64,000 nucleotides of DNA from Clostridiaceae bacterium (GTDB lineage Bacteria; Bacillota; Clostridia; Clostridiales; Clostridiaceae), in NCBI GenBank assembly GCA_029219285.1, contig JAQXTC010000131.1, positions 9,758-73,757 of the forward strand, written 5' to 3'. A program made the translations under genes and the position numbers. The notes under the pieces are model-generated. The model was given only the letters and a program-made list of their open reading frames with translations, made no database searches and was not told the origin of the DNA. Positions 57,195-64,000 of this stretch are shown here, in pieces. The first letter of the stretch is position 1, and each line of letters starts with the position of its first letter.

Positions 57195-57540
57195 GAGGAT
57201 AAGCAGATATGTAATACTTATATTTTTAATAATATTAATTGCTTTGGAATTGGTCACTTTTGTTAATAGAGGTACTAAACCTGATAATATAGAAGAAAAA
57301 GTTGCTAAAGAAGATACAAAAATGTCACTTGATGATATTATAGAAGATTTAAACAGTAAAAATATTAATATTTTAAGTATTAATAAAGTAGAAGATGGAT
57401 ATTATATCATTGTGGAAGTGAAAATGAAAATAAAAGATTATAATGAGAAGATTAATTTGTTAAAAAAATATAATGTTGAAAGTTATAAAATTGAAGAAAA
57501 AGGTGATGAACTAACTGGTTCTATTACAATAAATTATTGA
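57157..57540 (+). CDS. hypothetical bitopic membrane protein in PilO position
   Basis: 127 aa. Basic N-terminus, a single TM YVILIFLIILIALELVTFV, and a small C-terminal domain. 38-nt overlap with the upstream gene (start could be ATG 57160 or 57169). Confidence 0.4.
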   Translation: MMKSMKSKLLKDKRISRYVILIFLIILIALELVTFVNRGTKPDNIEEKVAKEDTKMSLDDIIEDLNSKNINILSINKVEDGYYIIVEVKMKIKDYNEKINLLKKYNVESYKIEEKGDELTGSITINY

Positions 57541-57706
57541 TAAAATAGGTGATTTTTAGGGAAACTTATTTATAAATAATTGCATTTATTGTTTTCTTCT
57601 GATAAAATAGCATTGTTATAGATTAATAGTTATTTGACAAATAAAGTGGCACTTTTAACAGAGGTGTTATTATTATGAAACTTATACATTTTGGAGGGAT
57701 ATTATC

Positions 57707-58264
57707 ATGATATCAGCAGGAGATTTAAGAAAAGGTACAACTTTTGAGAACGAAGGACAAGTTTACACTGTTGTAGATTTCTTACACGTTAAACCAGGTA
57801 AGGGAGCTGCATTCGTTAGAACTAAGTTAAAGAATGTTATTTCAGGAAGTGTTACTGAAACTACTTTCAACCCATCAGCTAAGTTCCAAGAAGCTGTAAT
57901 TGAAAGAAAAGAAATGCAATATTTATATTCAGATGGTGAATTATACTATTTCATGGATCAAGAAACTTTTGAACAAATTCCATTAAATTATGATAAAGTT
58001 GAAGAAGCAATCAAATTCTTAAAAGAAAATATGTTTGCAATTATTAAATTCTATAAAGGAGAAGCTTTCTCTGTAGAAGCTCCAAACTTCGTAGAATTAT
58101 TAATCACTCATTGTGAACCAGGAGTTAAGGGTAATACTGCAACTAACGCATTAAAGCCTGCTACTGTTGAAACAGGTGCAGTTGTTAACGTACCAATGTT
58201 CGTTAATGAAGGTGATACAATCAGAGTTGATACAAGAACTGGCGAATACATGGAAAGAGTTTAA
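57707..58264 (+). CDS. efp: translation elongation factor P
   Basis: 185 aa. [14 protein letters not shown]...[17 protein letters not shown] (modified-Lys loop). GGAGGG SD. Confidence 0.97.
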   Translation: MISAGDLRKGTTFENEGQVYTVVDFLHVKPGKGAAFVRTKLKNVISGSVTETTFNPSAKFQEAVIERKEMQYLYSDGELYYFMDQETFEQIPLNYDKVEEAIKFLKENMFAIIKFYKGEAFSVEAPNFVELLITHCEPGVKGNTATNALKPATVETGAVVNVPMFVNEGDTIRVDTRTGEYMERV

Positions 58265-58276
58265 TATAGTTTTAAG

Positions 58277-58309
58277 TTGCTAAGTTCTATGAACTTAGCA
58301 ATTTTTTTT
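58277..58309 (+). terminator. intrinsic terminator after efp
   Basis: 11-bp perfect stem TTGCTAAGTTC (58277-58287) / GAACTTAGCAA (58291-58301) plus T8. Confidence 0.9.
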
Positions 58310-58361
58310 ACAATTATTTATTTTTTTAGTATTCCTAAGTAGGATAGGAGGAAATCTTTTA

Positions 58362-58724
58362 ATGAAGGAAATAAAGAAGGAAATAGAAGATTTTAAGAAA
58401 AATATTTCTAAGGTAGAGGATCAAAACTATAAAGAACTATTTGATGAAATATCAAAGGTGTTAGAAGGATTATCAAATAAAGTACAAGAGATACTAGTTA
58501 ATGAAGCTGTACTTGCTGAAAATTTCAAGGATATGAATGATGATATTTCAGGTCTTCAAGATGAACTTTTTGAAGAGGTTTCTCTAGAGGAATTAGATCA
58601 AATGGAAGATGAATATAAAGAAGTTAATTGTAAATCATGTGGTAAGCCAATTTATATTGAAGCATCAGCATTAACTTCAGGAGAAAAAATTTCTTGTCCA
58701 TATTGTAATAAAGAAATAATGTAA
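58362..58724 (+). CDS. small coiled-coil plus C-terminal zinc-ribbon protein (resembles the clostridial family named after C. difficile CD1247, from memory)
   Basis: 120 aa. Acidic helical N-terminus, then CKSCGKPIY...x17...CPYCNKEIM (CxxC...CxxC). AGGAGG SD. Confidence 0.6.
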   Translation: MKEIKKEIEDFKKNISKVEDQNYKELFDEISKVLEGLSNKVQEILVNEAVLAENFKDMNDDISGLQDELFEEVSLEELDQMEDEYKEVNCKSCGKPIYIEASALTSGEKISCPYCNKEIM

Positions 58725-58734
58725 GTTTAGTTAT

Positions 58735-58765
58735 AAGCAGACATAAAATTTATGTCTGCTTTTTT
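58735..58765 (+). terminator. intrinsic terminator
   Basis: AAGCAGACAT (58735-58744) / ATGTCTGCTT (58752-58761) plus a T run to 58765. Confidence 0.85.
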
Positions 58766-58838
58766 GTATTTCTAATTTCAATAATAATTCTCATTTTTTT
58801 AGTTATAAGCGTATATTATAATAAATTACTTTGCGAGT

Positions 58839-59300
58839 GTGTTGGAGTATATGTTTGATATAGATAATCGAATTTTAAATAAGTTAACTAAAGAACAAAG
58901 AGAAGATTTACAGTTGTTAGCCGTTCAGAGATTTGCCTTAAGTTTATTTATCTGTTCAGATTTAACATCATATAAAGCAACTCTTAGCGGAATTCAAGGA
59001 ATTATTAATAAATACTTAGATGAACCAATTGAAGTAGGGAATCCTGATGAATATGCGTTAAGTGCAGCTATATTTTCACTTATGGGAAGAGTTATTTTTC
59101 AAAATATTGCTTTTACTAAATATGGTTATTTAGTAGAAAGAAGAGGTAAGGGATTAGTAAATTATGATTATTCTTTAGAACCGAATGAGATTATTGCATT
59201 AGCAAATGTTAATGGAGTAGTAACAAATATTTTATCCCTAGTGGGGGCACTTGGAATTTATAGTCGAGATTTGAATCAACCAGTATTTGGAATTAGATAA
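58839..59300 (+). CDS. hypothetical protein
   Basis: 153-aa ORF with no motif recognised. Start uncertain (GTG 58839 or ATG 58851; the SD is weak for both). Confidence 0.4.
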   Translation: MLEYMFDIDNRILNKLTKEQREDLQLLAVQRFALSLFICSDLTSYKATLSGIQGIINKYLDEPIEVGNPDEYALSAAIFSLMGRVIFQNIAFTKYGYLVERRGKGLVNYDYSLEPNEIIALANVNGVVTNILSLVGALGIYSRDLNQPVFGIR

Positions 59301-59357
59301 GATGGATTACTTAATTTGACAGTGATCATCAAATAGGTATAATTAACGGTAATAGAA

Positions 59358-59840
59358 ATGGAGAACACCTTAAAAGGTAGTGAATTTATCTATAATCATC
59401 CAGAGGAAAGAGCTAAGGATTTAATGAATGCCTTTAAAGATCCATCAATAAAGGGTATTTTTTCATGTATTGGTGGATATGAATTTTTGCAAGGTGAAGG
59501 AAAGATTCAAGGCAGATTAATAGGAGGCTGTATGGATGTACTCGAGATGGCAAAGGGTACTGAAATATGGCCAGATAAAGAGAAATTTAAGGATTCTATA
59601 CTATTTTTTGAAACATCTGAAGATAAAATACCTTCGGCAAATTTAGGCTATTGGTTAAGAAATTATGCTGCATTGGGTATATTAAAAGAAGAGGAAGGCT
59701 TAAAAGATATGCCGATTATATATGATATGAATTTTGGACATACATCATCAATAATAACAATTCCCTATGGAGCTATGGCGGAAATAAATTGTGATGATAA
59801 AACTTTTTCTATTTTAGAATCAGGAGTAACTGAAAAATAA
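59358..59840 (+). pseudogene. remnant of an S66 LD-carboxypeptidase (LdcA/MccF family) with N-terminal loss and a large internal deletion
   Basis: 160 aa against the roughly 300-340 aa typical of the family. EERAKDLMNAFKDPSIKGIFSCIGGYE (family N-lobe) is joined directly to C-lobe sequence GRLIGGCMDVLEMAKGTEIWP...ILFFETSED...NFGHTSSIITIPYG. The Ser-nucleophile region (G-x-S-D) is absent. Confidence 0.6.
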
Positions 59841-59862
59841 CATATTATGATTAAATTTAAAG

Positions 59863-59907
59863 AAGACTGTGAGCTAAATGAATAAAAATTTAGCTCACAG
59901 TCTTTTC
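59863..59907 (+). terminator. intrinsic terminator
   Basis: 17-bp perfect arms AAGACTGTGAGCTAAAT (59863-59879) / ATTTAGCTCACAGTCTT (59888-59904), then TTT. Confidence 0.85.
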
Positions 59908-60082
59908 TTCTATTATAAATAAAACATTCAAAACTCTAAAATGAGTTTTTATCACTAGTTTTGAATCAGTTCAGCTTCTACTTTAGAAGTTTTACATAAT
60001 TTTATTACAAGTAAATGTAATAATTTTGGTGATTAAGAAATAAAAATTTAATAAAGGGAAATGAGAAAAAGGTGGTGAGGTA

Positions 60083-60982
60083 ATGCAGGAGAACTTCGAA
60101 AAAATATTTCCCAAACCACTGCAATTTAAATTAGAAAAAATATTAAAGGATAAAGAATTACAAGAAATAAGAATTAAGACTGAAAAGCCAGTTATTATAA
60201 TTACTTCTTCAGGAGAACAAATAATAGATTATACAGCAGATAGAGATGATTTGAAGTATATTATGCAGAGAATATCTAATTATTCGCTTTATGCCTATGA
60301 GGAAGATATAAGACAAGGCTTCATAACAATTCGAGGAGGTCATAGAGTTGGTCTTGCTGGAGAATGTGTTATGGAAGATGGAAAAGTAAAAACCATAAAA
60401 AATATAACATCATTAAACATAAGAATATGCAGAGAAATAATTGGATGTTCTCAAAAAGTAATGAAGTATATAGTTGATGATACAAATATATATAACACAA
60501 TGATAATTTCTCCCCCTAAATGTGGAAAGACTACAATACTTAGAGATATAGCAAGGGTACTTTCAGATAAAGTACAAAAGAAGATATCTATAATAGATGA
60601 AAGAAGTGAAATAGCTGGTTCATATATGGGAATACCTCAGATGAATGTGGGAATACGAAGTGATATTCTTGATAATTGTTTAAAAAGTGAAGGTATGATT
60701 ATGGCAATTAGATCTCTTTCTCCAGATGTGCTCATTTGTGATGAAGTTGGGACATTTAAAGAAATTGAAGCTTTAGAAATGGCATTTAATTCAGGAGTAA
60801 ACATAATAGTTACTCTCCATGGTAGAAGTATTGAGGATTTATATAATAGAAGTGTTTTAAAAAATCTACTTAACAATAATATTTTACAAAGGGTTATAAT
60901 CCTAGGAAATAGCAAAGGAACGGGAACAGTAGAAAATGTTTATTCCCTAAGTGAAAAAGGAGAGAAAATATGCTTAAAGTAA
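60083..60982 (+). CDS. spoIIIAA: stage III sporulation protein AA (AAA-type ATPase)
   Basis: 299 aa. Walker A ISPPKCGKTTILRDIAR and Walker B VLICDEVG. First gene of the conserved spoIIIA order. Confidence 0.9.
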   Translation: MQENFEKIFPKPLQFKLEKILKDKELQEIRIKTEKPVIIITSSGEQIIDYTADRDDLKYIMQRISNYSLYAYEEDIRQGFITIRGGHRVGLAGECVMEDGKVKTIKNITSLNIRICREIIGCSQKVMKYIVDDTNIYNTMIISPPKCGKTTILRDIARVLSDKVQKKISIIDERSEIAGSYMGIPQMNVGIRSDILDNCLKSEGMIMAIRSLSPDVLICDEVGTFKEIEALEMAFNSGVNIIVTLHGRSIEDLYNRSVLKNLLNNNILQRVIILGNSKGTGTVENVYSLSEKGEKICLK

Positions 60983-61488
60983 TATTAATAATAGTTATAT
61001 TTACCCTTTCAGTAACCATAGGATATATCTATGGAGATAGTTTTAGAAAGAGAGTTACACATCTGAAGGAAATAAATAAATCATTAATATTGTTACAAAA
61101 TGAAGTAGTGTATATGAATGCTGCTCTTCCTATAGCTATAGAAGATATTGCAATTAAGGCCAATGAACCTTTAGCTGATTTTTTATTAAAAGTATCAGAA
61201 AGCCTTAAAGAAGGTAGTGAAGGCGATGTATATTCAAGTTTTAAGAAAGTTTATAGAGACTATGAAGATGAATTTTACTTAGAAAAAGAGGACAAGAGTA
61301 TTCTAGAAGACTTTGTTAAGTCATTAGGAGAATCAGGGGTTTATGGACAAGATAAAATTTTCAATCTTGTGCTAGAAAATTTAAAAGTAAATATTGAAGA
61401 AGCTAGTGAAAATTCAAAAAAAAATGTGAAATTATATAGAAGCCTTGGATTATGTGTTGGGGCAATGATTTCTATATTTATATTATAA
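60970..61488 (+). CDS. spoIIIAB: stage III sporulation protein AB
   Basis: 172 aa. N- and C-terminal TM segments, position, and a 13-nt overlap with spoIIIAA. Confidence 0.85.
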   Translation: MLKVILIIVIFTLSVTIGYIYGDSFRKRVTHLKEINKSLILLQNEVVYMNAALPIAIEDIAIKANEPLADFLLKVSESLKEGSEGDVYSSFKKVYRDYEDEFYLEKEDKSILEDFVKSLGESGVYGQDKIFNLVLENLKVNIEEASENSKKNVKLYRSLGLCVGAMISIFIL

Positions 61489-61503
61489 ATTAGGAGGAAC
61501 ATT

Positions 61504-61701
61504 ATGCTGGATATAAGTATACTTTTTAAAATTGGCGGAGCAGGAATTGTACTTGTTATTCTAGATAAAGTGCTAAAAAGTGCTGGAAAGGATGACATAG
61601 CTGTAATTACGAATATAGCAGGTGTAGTCATTATACTTATTATGCTTATTTCGTTAATATCTGATTTGTTTAATTCCGTAAAGACAATGTTTGTGTTTTA
61701 G
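61504..61701 (+). CDS. spoIIIAC: stage III sporulation protein AC
   Basis: 65 aa with two TM segments. ILFKIGGAGIVLVILDKVLKSAGK is typical of SpoIIIAC. Confidence 0.88.
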   Translation: MLDISILFKIGGAGIVLVILDKVLKSAGKDDIAVITNIAGVVIILIMLISLISDLFNSVKTMFVF

Positions 61702-61712
61702 GAGAAAAAGAT

Positions 61713-62096
61713 ATGTTGATTTTTAAGGTGGTGGCCTTTGCCCTGGTGGCATTATTTCTATTTTTGATATTAAAAGATAATAAATCAAATGTAGCAATGT
61801 TTATTCTTCTTGGAGCAGGTGTATTAATTTTAATTTTCTGCATTGCTCAATTAACACAGATAATAACATTTTTGAAGACCATGTCTCAAAAAGCAGGCAT
61901 TGATATGGTCTATTTCGGAATAATACTAAAAATATTAGCTATAGCTTATCTTGCGTCATTTACTAGTGAAATATGTAAGGATGCAGGAGCAGGAAGTTTA
62001 GGAACAAAGGTTGAGTTTGCAGGAAAGTTATTCATTCTTGTTCTTGCAATACCAGTGCTTATGGCAGTTTTAGATTCTATATTGAAAATATTATAG
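61713..62096 (+). CDS. spoIIIAD: stage III sporulation protein AD
   Basis: 127 aa polytopic protein. LASFTSEICKDAGAGSLGTKVEFAGK is typical of SpoIIIAD. Confidence 0.88.
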   Translation: MLIFKVVAFALVALFLFLILKDNKSNVAMFILLGAGVLILIFCIAQLTQIITFLKTMSQKAGIDMVYFGIILKILAIAYLASFTSEICKDAGAGSLGTKVEFAGKLFILVLAIPVLMAVLDSILKIL

Positions 62097-62105
62097 AGGT
62101 ATATT

Positions 62106-63323
62106 ATGAAAAAAAGTAAAAAGCTAATGATTTTAATAGTGATAAACCTGATTCTGTTAATGTTTATACCTTCTAAGATATATGCGGCAGATGATAGTTC
62201 AAATAATGAGACAGAAAATTCAATATTAAGTGAAGACGAAAAGAATAAAATAAATGGAACTGTATCTGGTGATTTAGAAAAGTTATACGACTATATTGAT
62301 AAAAAGAAGACAGATGTAGAACTTATGAATGAATTAGATCCAGTTGAGTATATAAAAAGTTATATGGAAAATGGCAAAGGTAACATATCAATAGACAAGC
62401 TAGGAAAGGCAATTGTTAGTTTGTTCTTTAAAGAAGTTTCTGGCGTTCTAAAACTTGCTATGTCAATAATTGCCATATCAATAATATGTGCATTGCTCAA
62501 AAATTTACAGGATGCATTTGCAAATAAATCAATTTCTCAAGTGGCATTTTATGCATGCTATGCAATATTAATTATGATTTTATCTAAAAGTTTTCTGATA
62601 TCAATATCCGTAGCTAAGGATGTAATTTATGGTATATCAGATTTTATGGGAGCTATACTTCCTATACTTGTTACCATGATTGGCCTTGCAGGGGGAATTA
62701 CTGAGGCAGCAACTATTGATCCTATAGTAATGTCAGCTGTTGTATTAATTCCTAAAATATATACAACCATCATAATACCATTGATTTTAATTGGTTTTGT
62801 ACTTGAATTTGTTAATAATCTTTCAGAAGAGCATAAAATAGATAATCTATGTAAACTAGTAAAAAAGATAACCGTATGGATTCAGGGATTAATAATAACA
62901 TCCTTTATTGCTCTTTTAACAATTAGGGGTATCACTTCATCAACAATAGATGCAGTGACTCTAAAAACAACAAAGTTTGCAATAGATAATTTTGTTCCAA
63001 TAGTTGGAAAAGCCTTTTCTGATGCTATAGCTTCGGTAGCAGGATATTCATTAATTATAAAAAATGCTATAAGCGGAATAGGGCTAATGGTAATAATTCT
63101 TTTAATTCTATATCCAATCATAAAGCTTGTACTTATGATTTTTATTTATAAATTATCGGCAGCACTTATTGAGCCTATAAGTGAAAAGAGGATAACAAGC
63201 GTAATAGCATCCACAGGAGATGCACTTGTTATGCTTCTATCTTGTGTTTTGAGTGTAAGTCTGATGTTCTTTGTACTTATTGCAATAATGGCTTCAGCAG
63301 GAAAATTTATAGTAGGAGGGTGA
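62106..63323 (+). CDS. spoIIIAE: stage III sporulation protein AE
   Basis: 405 aa. Signal peptide, then a polytopic body; position in the operon. Confidence 0.88.
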   Translation: MKKSKKLMILIVINLILLMFIPSKIYAADDSSNNETENSILSEDEKNKINGTVSGDLEKLYDYIDKKKTDVELMNELDPVEYIKSYMENGKGNISIDKLGKAIVSLFFKEVSGVLKLAMSIIAISIICALLKNLQDAFANKSISQVAFYACYAILIMILSKSFLISISVAKDVIYGISDFMGAILPILVTMIGLAGGITEAATIDPIVMSAVVLIPKIYTTIIIPLILIGFVLEFVNNLSEEHKIDNLCKLVKKITVWIQGLIITSFIALLTIRGITSSTIDAVTLKTTKFAIDNFVPIVGKAFSDAIASVAGYSLIIKNAISGIGLMVIILLILYPIIKLVLMIFIYKLSAALIEPISEKRITSVIASTGDALVMLLSCVLSVSLMFFVLIAIMASAGKFIVGG

Positions 63324-63329
63324 TAAAGA

Positions 63330-63899
63330 ATGGACAAAATAAATGCTTTTGTTATTACTCTTGTTACTACTCTAATATTTATGACAGCGATAGAACTTAT
63401 AGGTCCAGATAATAGCATGAAAAAATATTTAAAGTTTGTTCTTGGGCTTATACTTATTTCAGTGTTGCTAAATCCTATAGTGAATTTTTTTACTAATGGT
63501 GAAGTAATAATAAGCAACCTTATTGATAAATATAGTAATGAAGTGTCAGCATCAAGCAATACAAAGGAAAATACTAAGGATACAGAAGGAAATAAAAGTA
63601 TACAAGAAGAGCAATTCAAAGATAACTTTAATAAAAGTTGTGTTAAACTTCTAGAGGAGAAATACAAGGATTATGATTTTAAATCTAAAATAGACTGCAC
63701 AATGAACTTTTCAACTGGAGATTTTGATGTTAAAACCTTAATGGTAGCAGTATCAAACAAAGGAGTTAAAAAAGTTGGGAAAGTTCAAATAGGCGATGAA
63801 AAACCAAAAGAAGATGATAAAACATTAAAAGAAATAAAAAGTTTTTTGGTAGAAAATTTAAAGGTACAAGAAGAGAAGATACAGGTATATTACGAATAA
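63330..63899 (+). CDS. spoIIIAF: stage III sporulation protein AF
   Basis: 189 aa. Two N-terminal TM segments (ITLVTTLIFMTAIELIGP, VLGLILISVLLNPIV); position in the operon. Confidence 0.82.
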   Translation: MDKINAFVITLVTTLIFMTAIELIGPDNSMKKYLKFVLGLILISVLLNPIVNFFTNGEVIISNLIDKYSNEVSASSNTKENTKDTEGNKSIQEEQFKDNFNKSCVKLLEEKYKDYDFKSKIDCTMNFSTGDFDVKTLMVAVSNKGVKKVGKVQIGDEKPKEDDKTLKEIKSFLVENLKVQEEKIQVYYE

Positions 63900-63912
63900 A
63901 AGGAGGGATGGT

Positions 63913-64000
63913 ATGGATAAAGATAAATTCATAAAAGAATTAAAAAAGTTACTAGCAGATAAAAAGGTAAGTACTTTATTAAGTGTATTGCTTGTTTTGG
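63913..64000 (+). CDS. spoIIIAG: stage III sporulation protein AG, 3'-truncated by window edge
   Basis: My translation from ATG 63913 is MDKDKFIKELKKLLADKKVSTLLSVLLVL, after AGGAGGG. The call rests on operon position only. Confidence 0.6.
   Translation, partial: MDKDKFIKELKKLLADKKVSTLLSVLLVL

Noticed and set aside
57539-57610. 11-nt direct repeat TGATAAAATAG (57539-57549 and 57600-57610) upstream of efp.
   Set aside because: It is a single short AT-rich repeat at a non-helical spacing (61 nt). The first copy overlaps the stop codon of the preceding gene. Chance is the likeliest explanation.
59941-60082. Sigma-E-type promoter for spoIIIA (CATAATTT near 59995).
   Set aside because: Only a partial -10-like CATA element is present, with no matching -35 at the right spacing. 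Calling it would be guesswork.
63146-63667. 173-aa ORF on the minus strand spanning the spoIIIAE/spoIIIAF junction, the longest antisense ORF in the track.
   Set aside because: It is antisense to two well-supported, operon-ordered sporulation genes. Its S/L/I/F-rich composition is what the reverse complement of AT-rich K/E/N-rich coding sequence gives. I saw no SD or promoter.
1-64000. Searched by eye for CRISPR arrays, tRNA/rRNA genes, IS elements, integrases, toxin-antitoxin pairs and canonical phage-defence genes.
   Set aside because: I saw no regularly spaced repeats of 25-40 nt, no cloverleaf-like GC-rich islands, and no transposase, recombinase, nuclease or helicase motifs in any listed ORF. 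A computational scan (tRNAscan-SE, Infernal, CRISPR finder, DefenseFinder/PADLOC) is still needed to exclude them.

Overview
This is a visibly AT-rich (roughly 70% A+T by eye), densely coding window, almost all on the + strand. It comes from a spore-forming low-GC Firmicute, most likely Clostridium sensu stricto. That placement rests on the spoIIIAA-AG operon, a PdaA-type spore-cortex deacetylase, a PBP/SpoVE-type dcw cluster and the codon usage.

Gene order:
- 3' end of gltD.
- A nine-gene run of small modifying or detoxifying enzymes: ANT(6), esterase, four GNATs, a frameshifted GrpB, a 2H phosphoesterase and an MTAN-like nucleosidase.
- capA (-), then a ZapA/coiled-coil fusion.
- A U32 Fe-S enzyme, mutS2, a PfkB kinase, a MATE pump, DUF523 and ribosomal protein L25.
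- A cell-envelope polymer block: phosphoglucomutase, TPR protein, tagA, murJ, two glycosyltransferases, later an O-antigen-ligase-like protein.
- pdaA (-) and ychF.
- dcw block: mraZ-rsmH-ftsL-PBP-murE-murF-mraY-ftsW, then divIB-DUF881-sbp-DUF881-yggS-sepF-yggT-ylmH-divIVA.
- rluD-pyrR-THUMP methyltransferase, then rqcH (-) and a beta-propeller-like lipoprotein.
- A nine-gene type IV filament (ComG/T2SS-like) operon.
- efp, a zinc-ribbon protein, an unknown protein and a decayed S66 peptidase.
- spoIIIAA to spoIIIAG (3'-truncated).

I recognised no rRNA, tRNA, CRISPR array, transposase or integrase.

The best candidate for something under-described is the compact pilus-like operon at 52.0-57.5 kb, especially its three small motif-less 3' genes. 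I cannot show from sequence alone that it is novel.

Other points worth a second look:
- A promoter plus terminator unit in front of ychF.
- A four-box MraZ operator.
- A one-base frameshift that uncouples the GrpB start codon.
- A U32 'collagenase' carrying the Fe-S motif of RNA/quinone hydroxylases.
- The GNAT-rich enzyme island.
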